From contig DAOUJA010000062.1 of NCBI GenBank assembly GCA_034423175.1, forward strand, positions 32,648-64,647: a stretch of DNA of 32,000 bases. Direction: 5' to 3'. Source of the DNA: Dehalococcoidia bacterium (GTDB lineage: Bacteria; Chloroflexota; Dehalococcoidia; Lucifugimonadales; Australimonadaceae). Made by a program: the position numbers and the translations under genes. The notes beneath the pieces are model-generated. The model did no database searches. It had not been told where the DNA came from and was given only the letters and a program-made list of their open reading frames with translations. Positions 1-8,446 of this stretch are shown one piece after another; within the stretch, counting starts at the first letter, position 1; each line of letters starts with the position of its first letter.

Positions 1-190
1 CAAGCAGGCGCCCCCCGTCCCCAGCCCTCAGCACCCTCACCCTAACCCTCTCCCGGCTTTGCGCCTAGACCCCCGTCTGTCCCATAAGGCCGATCGCTGT
101 TGCCGAAAGGCGGCGTGCCCTCACAGTGACCGTACCTCGAGCGTGGTGGCTCCAGCAAACCCCACCACTAGATAGCCCCGATGGGTCGGG

Positions 191-685
191 CTACGACGAG
201 AAGAACGTGAAGGTCGCCACGGCAAGCAGCAGCAGGCCAGCCCCTGCGACCCCACTGACGACGGTGAACGTGGTGGAGCGATGCGGCGCCAGTCCGTACC
301 GGTTGCTGCCTTGGTGCCCCGGCCACCCGAACCCAGCGGCACACGCCAGGGCGTAAGGGATGAGCACTGACCAACTGGCTGCATCGGTAAGTTCGAGGCC
401 GTCTGGCCGCACCATGCTGACCGTAACGAGAAGCAGACCCGTCAGCGCGACGGGGACCAAGAGCCACCAACCAGGCAGGCCAACGTCGTGCAGCCGTCTC
501 ACGTGCAAGGGCAGTTGCGGAACCGCTATCAACCCAACCGCTGCCGCCCACGTGATGTACCCCAAGCCCCTCGAGTCGGAGCCGAAGGCCACTGCGAAAC
601 CGAATGCAAAGACCAGAAGCGCGGCTATCCCCGACAGCGCGACGCCCAAGGTGTACCGGGGGCGTCCCGTCCGACCGTGCCACAT
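191..685 (-). CDS. DUF805-family integral membrane protein
   Basis: 164-aa ORF with several hydrophobic spans. It has the DUF805 hallmark RRLHDvGlpGWW and a C-terminal GhqGSNRYG motif. AAGGAGG lies 6 nt upstream of the ATG at 685. Confidence 0.8.
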   Translation of the reverse strand: MWHGRTGRPRYTLGVALSGIAALLVFAFGFAVAFGSDSRGLGYITWAAAVGLIAVPQLPLHVRRLHDVGLPGWWLLVPVALTGLLLVTVSMVRPDGLELTDAASWSVLIPYALACAAGFGWPGHQGSNRYGLAPHRSTTFTVVSGVAGAGLLLLAVATFTFFSS

Positions 686-688
686 CGC

Positions 689-871
689 CTACCTCCTTAC
701 CGTGCCCATCGGTGCCGATGTGCAGTGGGGACGCGGCGCCAGGCAGTCGATAGCCCCGGTGTCGACCAGGAAACGGCCCTCCCCAGCCTTCCCCGGGTCT
801 GCGGGATTCCGGGCGGTAGCGGTTACCTGTGTCATGCGTCCAACGTAGGCTTTGCCACTGGGACGTGTCAA
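689..871 (-). pseudogene. Retropepsin-like (clan AA) aspartic protease, N-terminal fragment only
   Basis: The ORF encodes ...NPADPGKAGEGRFLVDTGAIDCLAP, matching the N-terminal strand plus the catalytic D-T-G-A motif of small bacterial retropepsin-like proteases. It stops about 20 aa after DTGA, directly against the DUF805 gene RBS. The remaining half of the fold is missing. Confidence 0.4.
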
Positions 872-950
872 TCAGGCGGTGTTGGCTGCCCTGTGCACGT
901 GCGACCTGGCGGTCGCCTGGGATTCCCGCCGGTGCGGGAATGACGGGGGG

Positions 951-2252
951 TTACGCTCGCGCAGCCTCGCGGGCGTTGGCCTCTTCTACGAGGCGGTGGA
1001 TGGAGCGCACCTGTCCGCTGAGGGCGAAGGCGAGGACGGTGACGACGATGACCGCGCCGCCGCCGAGGGCTATGGCGAACGGGGTGCTGGTGTACTGGGC
1101 GATGAAGCCGGCCTGCAGCGCGCCCATGGGGGCCAGGCTCCACATGACGCCGCGCAGCCCCATGACGCGGCCGCGGTACTCGGTGGGCACGAGCAGGTTG
1201 AGCAGCGTATTGGAGGCGGTCTGGAAGACGGAGTAGAGCCCGCCGCTCGCCGCAGCCATGGCGAGGGCGAACCAGTACCACTGCATCTCTCCGTTGACCC
1301 CGAACAGCAGCACTGCCAGCCCGAGCAAGCCCGAGCCGCCGCCGAGCATCAGCGCCCGGCTCTGGTGCTGTCCGTACGACGCGGCGAGGAAGATGCCGAT
1401 GAGCCCGCCGACGCCACTGGCGGCGTGGAGCAAGCCAAGCTTCTCCGGCCCCGGTCCGAACAGCTCCTGCGCGTATGCGGGCAGCAGCCACTGGTAGGAG
1501 AGCCCGAAGTAGCCGATGGAGAAGCTCATGATGAGCAGCAGCAGGAAGATGCGGTGACGGACGACGAAAGCGAGCCCGTCCGCGATGTCGTGGAGGACGG
1601 TGCGCCCCGTCGCGCGGGGCAGTTCCGGCAGCCTGATGGTGAGGATGGCGATCGCCATCACCGCGAAGCCGGCGGCGATGAGGTAGAAGGCGACCGCGGC
1701 GCCGAGGCGGAAGTCGCCCGTGATGCCCCCCACGATGGCGATGGGGGCAGTGCCGATCATCGGCGCGAAGACGCGCGTTCCGTTCCAGACGCCCTGGTTC
1801 AGCGCGGTGGCGAACATGAACTGGCTGCGTTCCACGAGCGCGGGCCATATGACGCGTCGGGCCGGTTGGTCCAGCGAGGTGGAGATGCCGATGAGGAAGG
1901 CTGAGACAGCGACATGCCAGACCTCGACCCGCTCCAGAAGCACCAGCGTTGCCAGCCCCGCGATAACGAGCGAGGCGACGCCCTCGCCGAGCACGATGAA
2001 ACGCCGCGGGTCCAGCCGGTCGGCGAGGGCCCCTGCCCAGAGGTTGAAGACGATGGCGGGGACGGCCTGCGCCGTAGCGATGTAGCCGAGGACGACCACC
2101 TCGCCGGTGATGTCGTAGAGCAACCAGCCCTGGGCCGGGACGAGCGCCCCCTGCGACGTGACGCTCGCGACAAGGCCGAGCCAGTAGCGGCGATAGTCCC
2201 GCCGCCGCAGGACGACGAGGAACTCGAAGCGTCGGGTCAGGAAATCGCGCAC
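951..2252 (-). CDS. MFS transporter (EntS/MFS_3-like subfamily)
   Basis: 433-aa ORF of about 12 hydrophobic helices. The N-terminal RDYRRYWLG motif is shared with the second MFS at 17229. GTG start at 2252 with no clear RBS, so the start is uncertain. Confidence 0.8.
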   Translation of the reverse strand: MRDFLTRRFEFLVVLRRRDYRRYWLGLVASVTSQGALVPAQGWLLYDITGEVVVLGYIATAQAVPAIVFNLWAGALADRLDPRRFIVLGEGVASLVIAGLATLVLLERVEVWHVAVSAFLIGISTSLDQPARRVIWPALVERSQFMFATALNQGVWNGTRVFAPMIGTAPIAIVGGITGDFRLGAAVAFYLIAAGFAVMAIAILTIRLPELPRATGRTVLHDIADGLAFVVRHRIFLLLLIMSFSIGYFGLSYQWLLPAYAQELFGPGPEKLGLLHAASGVGGLIGIFLAASYGQHQSRALMLGGGSGLLGLAVLLFGVNGEMQWYWFALAMAAASGGLYSVFQTASNTLLNLLVPTEYRGRVMGLRGVMWSLAPMGALQAGFIAQYTSTPFAIALGGGAVIVVTVLAFALSGQVRSIHRLVEEANAREAARA

Positions 2253-2496
2253 GGGTTCAGTTTAGCTTGTGGCGTCACTGCGTTCAGCAGGGCGTAGTTC
2301 TTCCCACCCACCCGCCCGGAGCGCTTGTGGGGGACACCCCCACGCCCCCGGCATAGGGCTCCGCCCTCTGCACTCCTGGGGGGGTGCGCACGGAGGGTCT
2401 TCCCCGAGAGGTGCTTCGACTCCGCCTCCGGCCCCGCTCAGCATGACCAGGCAGGGAGTGCGGTTATCCTGTCTGGACCGCGCCACTCAAGGAGAG

Positions 2497-3351
2497 ATGA
2501 CCGTGACTGAACATCCGACACTCGGCGATTTCATCCTCGGCTTCGAGGGGCTTGCCATCATGCGCTCCTGGACTGTGGCCCCCGACGTCGTGAAGGAGCG
2601 CGTGCGGAGCATCGTGGAGATGGCGGGCCGCCTCGACGAGGAGCCGTGGTCGAGCGCCGTCGTCGTGGGCGAGAAGGCTGTGAGGGACGGCTATGCGGAG
2701 TGGGCGGGAGTCTACGACGCGCCAGGCAATCCCGTGGTGGTCGCGGAGGAGCCGGTCGTACGGGAGACCGTCTCGGGCTATCCCGCCGGCGACGCGCTGG
2801 ACGCAGCCTGCGGCACCGGCAGGCACGCCGTGCACCTGGCCGAGGCGGGCCACCGGGTGGTGGGCGTCGACTCGACGCCGGAGATGCTGGAGCACGCGCG
2901 GGTCAAGGTCCCCGGGGCGCGGTTCGAGACCGGCGACCTTTCCGCGCTTCCGCTCCCGGACGGCGCAGTGGACCTCGCCGTCTGCTCGTTCGCTCTCACC
3001 CACTGCGCCGACCTCGGCCCGCCCGTCAGCGAGCTGGCACGCGTCGTGCGGAACGGCGGCCACGTGGTGATATCGGACGTCCATCCGTTCTCTGTGGCGC
3101 TGGGCGGGCAGGCCCGTTACCGGTCGATCGGCGCCGGGCGTGGGTTCGTCAGGAACCACGTCCACCTGGCATCGGACTATCTGGCGGCGTTCCGGGCCGC
3201 AGGGCTGGACGTCGTGCGGTGCGTCGAGCCGCTCTGGGGCGACGAGGAGATCGCGACGTTCGAGTTCGCCGAGGACTTCCCGGAGATGCTGGCGGCGGCG
3301 GTGAAGGGACTGCCCATCGTCGTCGTGTGGGAGTTGGAGAAGCGGGCGTGA
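2497..3351 (+). CDS. Class I SAM-dependent methyltransferase
   Basis: SAM-binding motif I is present as DAACGTGRHAVHLAEAGHRVVGVDSTPEML, with downstream motifs VDLAVCSF and GGHVVISD. Start chosen at the internal ATG 2497 preceded by AAGGAG. The upstream part of track ORF 2269.. is Pro/Gly/Arg junk. Confidence 0.85.
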   Translation: MTVTEHPTLGDFILGFEGLAIMRSWTVAPDVVKERVRSIVEMAGRLDEEPWSSAVVVGEKAVRDGYAEWAGVYDAPGNPVVVAEEPVVRETVSGYPAGDALDAACGTGRHAVHLAEAGHRVVGVDSTPEMLEHARVKVPGARFETGDLSALPLPDGAVDLAVCSFALTHCADLGPPVSELARVVRNGGHVVISDVHPFSVALGGQARYRSIGAGRGFVRNHVHLASDYLAAFRAAGLDVVRCVEPLWGDEEIATFEFAEDFPEMLAAAVKGLPIVVVWELEKRA

Positions 3352-3356
3352 GGCGG

Positions 3357-3459
3357 GCGCCGTTCATGGTTCGACAAGCTCACCACGAGCGGCCGACAAG
3401 CTCACCACGAGCGGCCGACGGCTCACCACGAGCGGCCGACGGGCTCACCACGAGCGGCC
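3357..3459. repeat. Family-A REP-like element with 4 tandem 21-22 nt subrepeats
   Basis: Head sequence gcgccgttcatggttcgacaagctcaccacgagcggcc. The unit gacaagctcaccacgagcggcc is repeated at 3373-3394, 3395-3416, 3417-3437 and 3438-3459. It lies between the convergent stops of the methyltransferase and the RND gene. Confidence 0.85.
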
Positions 3460-3482
3460 TCAGCTACTTCATCGGATAGTTC

Positions 3483-6400
3483 TCAAGCCTGGGCGCCGTC
3501 CTCAGGCACGAGGGCAACGGGCTGCGAACGGCGGAAGAGCCTGTTCAGGAGCCTGGGGATGCTGTCGTTGAAGATTATGTAGACGATGGGCAGGACGATG
3601 AGGGTGAGCGCCGTGGAGCTCATCAGGCCGCCGATCACGACGGTCGCCAACTCTGCGCTGATGATGCCGCCGCTGCCCTCGGTGGCGACGGCAAGCGGCA
3701 GGAGGGCGAAGCTGGTGGTGAGCGCGGTCATGAGGATGGGGCGCAGGCGCACGCGGGCGCCGGAGACCAGGGCGTCGTACACGGCCATCCCCTTGTCGCG
3801 CTGCTGTTCCACGAACGCGATGAGGACGATGGCGTTGGTGACGACGATGCCGATGAGCAGCAGCATGCCCATCATGGCGGGCAGCCCGAGCGAACGGCCG
3901 GTTACGGCCAGCGCGGCGAATACGCCGATGATTGCGAGGGGGAGCGTCGTGATGATGACGAAGGGGTTCCGCAGCGACCCGAGGCTGGCAACCATGACGA
4001 GGTAGACGAGGACGATGCCGACGGCCATGGAGATGAAAACAGCCTGGAAGCCCTCCGCGATGTCGGCGAAGATGCCGCCGCTCTCGACGCTCACCCCCGG
4101 CGGGAGCTGCAGGGCGTCGATCTTCTCCTGGACCAGCACCCCAACGGCCTGCGCATCGTCCCCGACGATGTCTCCGGTGATGCCAGCGGAGCGCACGCCG
4201 TCGGTGCGGCTTATCTCGACGGGGCCCTCCCGCATGGAGAGTTCGGCGATCTGTTCCAGGGGCGCCGAGCCGACCTGACCCGCGACGATGAGCGAGCCCA
4301 CGCCGCTCAGGCCTCCGGCGGCGCGCGGGTCGCCGGACACGACGACGTCGAAGGTCTGGCCGTCAATCGTCATGGTCGTCACGGTCTGTCCTATCAGGTA
4401 GAGGCTGAGCTGGAAGGCGACCTGGCGGGTGGTGAGGCCCAGGAGGGCGGCCTTGTCCGGGTCCACCTCTATCGCGACCTCGGGCCGGGCCTGCGTGACG
4501 GTGTTCTCCAGGTTGACGATCTCTTCGATGGTCCCGAGCGACGCGGCCAGCTCACGGGAGACGCCGGCGATGTCGTCGTAGTCCGGGCCGGTGACGACGA
4601 TATCGACGCCGCCGGCCGGCGGGCCGTTCGCGATCTCCGTGACGCTGACGGCACGACCGGGCCCGGCGAGGTCTTCCCTGAGCAGCTCTGCGACGTTCTC
4701 GGGGGCGTCGTCCCTGAGGGTGACGAAGAACTCGGCGCGCCGGGCCTGCCCGCCACCGGTGAACCCGAACTCCGATGCGCCGATGGTCACCGCGTAGAGG
4801 TCGGAGACGTCGTCCAGCCGCTCCTCTATCTCGACGACCGTCGCGAGGGTCTGCTCCGGGGCGCTTCCCGGCGGCATGACGACTTCGATCTGCAGGCTGT
4901 CGGTCTCGCCGCCGAACAGGTTGACGGGGATGACGGCGGTGAGGCCGAGGCTGGATACGGTTATGGCGAAGGCGGCGAGCAGGGTGACCAGCCTGTGCCG
5001 CAGCACCCACCGCAGGATGACGGTGTAGACGCGCTGCAGGGCGGTCTCGGGCAACACGAGGTCGCCCTCGTCGCCGGCGCCTTCGGGGAGGTCGCCGGGG
5101 CGGAGGAGGTACGCGCCGAGGACGGGAACGGCGGTCAGCGCGACGAAGAGCGAGGCGATGAGCGCGAAGGTGACGGTGAGCGCGAAGGGCGAGAAGAACG
5201 CTCCGAAGAGGCCCGGGATGAACGCCAGCGGCAGGAAGACGACGACGGTGGTCATGGTGGAGGCGAAGATGGCGGGGCCGACCTCCGTGGTGGCCTCCAG
5301 CGCGGCGCGCCACCGCTGCCGCCCTCCCTGGATGTGGCGGTAGACGTTCTCCAGCACGACGATGGAGTCGTCGACGACTCGTCCCACGGAGATGGCGAGT
5401 CCTCCGAAGGTCATGAAGTTGAGCGACATGTCCTGCGAGAACATCAGCAGGATGCCCGCGAGCACGCTGAGGGGGATGGAGAGCGCGATGACGACGGTGG
5501 GGCGGAGCGTGTTGAAGAACCCCCGCACGAACGTCGGCCGTATCGTGAACATGAAGGCGAAGACGACGGAGACGGCGAAGATGAAGCCGAATATCGCCTC
5601 TCTCGCGAGGGTGTCGATCTGCCGCTGGATGTCGGGGCCCTGGTCCGCGACGACGATGATCTGGACGTCGTCCGGGAGGCCTTCGATGTTATCCAGCGCG
5701 TCGTTGACGGCAGTCGTCACGTCGACGGTGTTGGCGTCAGGCTGCTTGGTGACGGACACCCCGATGCCGGGCTTGCCGTTGGTCCGGGCGATGCTGTCCG
5801 GCGCCCCGTTCCCGAGGGTGACGGCGGCCACGTCGGCGAGACGCACGACGCCGGTGGTTGGGGAGCCGCCGACGATGAGGTCTTCGACGTCCTCTACCGA
5901 CTCCAGCGTGTGGGTGGTCTTGGCGATGATGGCCTGCGAGCCGTCGAAGAGCAGTCCGGCGGGAAGCGTGAGGTTGTTCTCGCTGAGGGCGCCCGCGATC
6001 TGGAACAGGGGGATGCCGTTGGCCGCCATCTTCCCGGCATCCACGGTTACGCGCACGCTGCGGTCCACCGTACCGGCGAGTGTGACGTCCATGACGCCAT
6101 TGAGCCCGGAGACCTCAGGAACGATGCGTGACCGGACCAGTTCCTGCATCTCCGGCAAAGGCCGGTCCGAGACCACGCTGAACTGGACGACCGGGAAGTC
6201 GTCCGGGTTGAAGCGTCCGACGTTCGGCTCTCCCACGCCTTCCGGGAAGGTGATGCCGCCCACGGCGGCCTCGATGGCCGACTGGGCCTCCGCCATGTCC
6301 GTGCCGTAGCGGAAGTTCGCGAGAATCGCCGACCTGCCCTCGGACGAGGTGGACTGTATCGATTCGAGTTCGGGCGTGTCGGAGATGGCGCGCTCGACGG

Positions 6401-6599
6401 GGTCGGTAACCGAGCGGACGACGGCCTCCGGGTCGGCGGAAGGGTAGGCCACGAACACGGCTACGAGCGGGAAGTCGATCTGGGGGAAGAGCTCGACCTG
6501 GAGCGAGCGGTAGGCGCCCACGCCCGAAACGAGCACGAGGAGTATGGCGAGCACCGTCACCGTCGGGCGGCGGAGTGCCATGGAAGTCAGGAAGGTCAC
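3483..6599 (-). CDS. RND-superfamily efflux transporter permease (AcrB/AcrD/AcrF-like)
   Basis: 1038 aa with typical RND topology: N-terminal MALRRPTVTVLAILLV helix, two large extracytoplasmic loops and 12 TM segments. GTG start at 6599 with GAGGAG 8 nt upstream. Confidence 0.95.
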   Translation of the reverse strand: MTFLTSMALRRPTVTVLAILLVLVSGVGAYRSLQVELFPQIDFPLVAVFVAYPSADPEAVVRSVTDPVERAISDTPELESIQSTSSEGRSAILANFRYGTDMAEAQSAIEAAVGGITFPEGVGEPNVGRFNPDDFPVVQFSVVSDRPLPEMQELVRSRIVPEVSGLNGVMDVTLAGTVDRSVRVTVDAGKMAANGIPLFQIAGALSENNLTLPAGLLFDGSQAIIAKTTHTLESVEDVEDLIVGGSPTTGVVRLADVAAVTLGNGAPDSIARTNGKPGIGVSVTKQPDANTVDVTTAVNDALDNIEGLPDDVQIIVVADQGPDIQRQIDTLAREAIFGFIFAVSVVFAFMFTIRPTFVRGFFNTLRPTVVIALSIPLSVLAGILLMFSQDMSLNFMTFGGLAISVGRVVDDSIVVLENVYRHIQGGRQRWRAALEATTEVGPAIFASTMTTVVVFLPLAFIPGLFGAFFSPFALTVTFALIASLFVALTAVPVLGAYLLRPGDLPEGAGDEGDLVLPETALQRVYTVILRWVLRHRLVTLLAAFAITVSSLGLTAVIPVNLFGGETDSLQIEVVMPPGSAPEQTLATVVEIEERLDDVSDLYAVTIGASEFGFTGGGQARRAEFFVTLRDDAPENVAELLREDLAGPGRAVSVTEIANGPPAGGVDIVVTGPDYDDIAGVSRELAASLGTIEEIVNLENTVTQARPEVAIEVDPDKAALLGLTTRQVAFQLSLYLIGQTVTTMTIDGQTFDVVVSGDPRAAGGLSGVGSLIVAGQVGSAPLEQIAELSMREGPVEISRTDGVRSAGITGDIVGDDAQAVGVLVQEKIDALQLPPGVSVESGGIFADIAEGFQAVFISMAVGIVLVYLVMVASLGSLRNPFVIITTLPLAIIGVFAALAVTGRSLGLPAMMGMLLLIGIVVTNAIVLIAFVEQQRDKGMAVYDALVSGARVRLRPILMTALTTSFALLPLAVATEGSGGIISAELATVVIGGLMSSTALTLIVLPIVYIIFNDSIPRLLNRLFRRSQPVALVPEDGAQA

Positions 6600-6800
6600 T
6601 GCAGTATCTCCTCAGTCCCGGTTCCGCAACGGGAGCAGGAGACATCCATCCGGCGTCGACTGCGGGTCCGTGCAGGCACTCTCGGGGGCGTTTGGCCTAT
6701 CGGTAGCAGCTTAAGGATAGCGTGTTTCCCCGTGGAACAACCGCGCCATACTCAACTACGTTGCTCCGTGGACCCCGGATCTGCCGCGATGTTGCGGTGC

Positions 6801-6876
6801 TGGCCCGCCCGGAGGGAATCGAACCCACGACACTCGGTTCCGAAGACCGATGCTCTATCCGCTGAGCTACGGGCGG
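6801..6876 (-). tRNA. tRNA-Arg (anticodon TCG)
   Basis: 76-nt cloverleaf read by hand on the minus strand. Acceptor CCGCCCG/CGGGCGG; U8-A9; D arm GCTC-AGCGGATA-GAGC. Anticodon arm TCGGT-CTTCGGA-ACCGA; variable loop GTGTC. T arm GTGGG-TTCGATT-CCCTC with one U-U mismatch; discriminator G; encoded CCA. The first pair is C1-G72, which is unusual and should be confirmed with tRNAscan-SE. Confidence 0.85.
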
Positions 6877-6958
6877 ACGGCTCTCCTTGATTGTACTATG
6901 CCGTCACGCGCCCCGCTCTGTTACGCTGTCAGAAGACCCCGCAGGGAGTTCCCTCAAG

Positions 6959-7597
6959 ATGACCAGTTCCCATCAGCGTACCGACGCATTCCGCAGGGCC
7001 ACCGACGCCGTGTCGGAGGCGGACCTCGAGCGCATGCTGCTGCTCCCCACAGACATGCCGCCCGACTTCAGGGACTTCGTTGTTTCGCGGGAGGGCGTGC
7101 TCGACAACGAGACGATGGCCGACAACGGCTTTCCAGGCCAGAGCGAGGAGAAGCTTCAGGAGGCAGGGCGCATCAACGGCTTCCTCCGGGAGGTGAGCCG
7201 GGAAGATCTGGAGCAGGACGAGACGGGACTCATCGTCAGCGCGGGGATGGTGGCGCACCTGTTCCGAGACGCCGCGTCCGTAGAGCGGTGGATAGACGAG
7301 TCGTTCCTCGGCCAGTTCCTCGGCAACGCCGGCAGCGTGTTGGACAACGGGAGCGAGCTCATGCACGCGGAAGAGGTGCCCGTAACCGGATTCCACGGGA
7401 AGGCCGCGGCCGTCTTCGCCACGCACGACGTGCCGGTCGGCGTGATCGGCTCCACCATCGTAGACTTCGCGCTGGGCCGCCTGCTGGGGGTTGCGTTCGT
7501 GGTCGCGCTCGGGAGCAGCGAGCACCTCGCAGCCACACGCGATCTGGCGTTGCGCCTGGAGCGCCGGTTCGTGAGCGTTGCGCTGGGCGGGGACTAG
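6959..7597 (+). CDS. Hypothetical acidic cytoplasmic protein (no family recognised)
   Basis: 212 aa counted from ATG 6959, with GGGAG about 10 nt upstream. Codon usage is host-like and there is no TM segment or signal peptide. The longer track start at 6887 would run almost into the tRNA. Confidence 0.6.
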   Translation: MTSSHQRTDAFRRATDAVSEADLERMLLLPTDMPPDFRDFVVSREGVLDNETMADNGFPGQSEEKLQEAGRINGFLREVSREDLEQDETGLIVSAGMVAHLFRDAASVERWIDESFLGQFLGNAGSVLDNGSELMHAEEVPVTGFHGKAAAVFATHDVPVGVIGSTIVDFALGRLLGVAFVVALGSSEHLAATRDLALRLERRFVSVALGGD

Positions 7598-7628
7598 CGC
7601 CGTTCATGGTTCGACAAGCTCACCACGC
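7597..7628. repeat. Family-A REP-like element, single copy
   Basis: gcgccgttcatggttcgacaagctcaccacg is identical over about 31 nt to 3357-3388. It starts at the stop codon of the preceding CDS. Confidence 0.85.
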
Positions 7629-7683
7629 GATACTGATTTCATAAAGCGACGCCCCAGCGCAACCTCCGCCACGTCCGCTCCCC

Positions 7684-7857
7684 CTATCGGGCTGCCCGGG
7701 CGTCGGGACCGCGTAGTGAATCGTCGCGTGCCCGGGACGCACAACGATCCGCTTCGAAGCGTAGCTCAGATTGTGCAGGATCATCACCGGTGAAACGAAT
7801 CGAAATCGGTCCACCGAAGTTGCGTGTAAAGAAGTCATATTTCCAGAATTCGTCCAT
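7684..7857 (-). CDS. Small ORF (57 aa), possibly a gene remnant
   Basis: Hand translation gives MDEFWKYDFFTRNFGGPISIRFTGDDPAQSELRFEADRCASRARDDSLRGPDARAAR. GGAGAG lies 7 nt upstream of the ATG, 20 nt downstream of the low-GC membrane gene. The N-half is AT-rich and the C-half is GC-rich low complexity, so it may be a truncated gene. It is below the 60-aa cut-off of the supplied track. Confidence 0.25.
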   Translation of the reverse strand: MDEFWKYDFFTRNFGGPISIRFTGDDPAQSELRFEADRCASRARDDSLRGPDARAAR

Positions 7858-7876
7858 CCGTCAGCTCTCCATATCC

Positions 7877-8446
7877 CTATTCATTCCAGAATAGCGTATG
7901 GAAAGGGCTAGCTTCAACCACGGTCAACAACATTACGATCATGCTGCCATAGAGCGCAGCAAAGGGTCCAAGATAGGCTGGATGAAGTAAGATGTTATGA
8001 GCGATTCCGCTATTCTTCACAGATTTGCCGTGAAAGGCTACAAGATATACAGCAGAAGTACTCAGGATAGCAATAATACTAATCAGGACCAGATTCATGC
8101 CGGCGTTGGGGTCACCTGATCCGTACTCACTACTACCTGCCAGTATCGCTATCATTCCGACTGGTCCAGTGATCGCTGACAGGAACAATGCAACGTAGAC
8201 CGCGACAATCATACTACTGGACAGTTGCTTACCATGAAGACGTGCAATCAAGCACACAGCAGGCAACACGAACAGCAGTGAATAGACGCCACCAGCAAGG
8301 GAATACCGGCAGAAGTCCATCTTTCTGTTTCGAGCTGTAAAGCCAGAGACCATAGCAAGGACGGGTGAGAGAATCGTTCCGAATGCTGCCAGGAGGCCCA
8401 GTGCGAGCACTGCTATGAAAGGAAGGAATATCAAGCCTGCTGCCAT
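7877..8446 (-). CDS. Polytopic membrane protein of unknown family, foreign (low-GC) codon usage
   Basis: 189 aa counted from ATG 8446, with AGGAGA 6 nt upstream and about 5-6 hydrophobic helices. Spot counts over 60-nt stretches give about 38-42% GC against about 67% in the flanks, and third codon positions are mostly A/T. It starts 11 nt after the stop of the Mo-enzyme gene. Confidence 0.65.
   Translation of the reverse strand: MAAGLIFLPFIAVLALGLLAAFGTILSPVLAMVSGFTARNRKMDFCRYSLAGGVYSLLFVLPAVCLIARLHGKQLSSSMIVAVYVALFLSAITGPVGMIAILAGSSEYGSGDPNAGMNLVLISIIAILSTSAVYLVAFHGKSVKNSGIAHNILLHPAYLGPFAALYGSMIVMLLTVVEASPFHTLFWNE

Noticed and set aside
1-120. ccctcaccctaaccctctcccgg-type sequence at the window edge as another dispersed repeat
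   Set aside because: Only a single, possibly truncated, copy is visible at the very edge of the window, so it cannot be evaluated.
852-1904. Long antisense or alternative-frame ORFs, e.g. 852..1904(+), 4995..6131(+), 8742..10700(+), 13640..15097(-), 16668..18311(-), 18115..19728(-), 19776..20759(-), 21331..22503(-), 22510..23694(-), 27918..29348(+), 30434..31846(+)
   Set aside because: All overlap strongly supported genes in another frame or strand. All have extreme Arg/Gly/Pro/Ala/Asp composition with no motifs. This is the typical shadow-ORF behaviour of high-GC DNA.
2269-2496. N-terminal extension of the methyltransferase, and the GC-rich segment with the hairpin gtggggg-aca-cccccac (2327-2343) as a possible third repeat family or riboswitch
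   Set aside because: The extension translates to Pro/Gly/Ser/His junk, and an RBS-supported ATG exists at 2497. The GC-rich segment occurs only once in the window, so neither a repeat-family call nor a structured-RNA call can be supported from this sequence.
6850-7644. 264-aa plus-strand ORF starting inside the tRNA
   Set aside because: It overlaps the tRNA gene and is out of frame with the better-supported 6959..7597 ORF. Its composition is Arg/Gly/Pro-rich.
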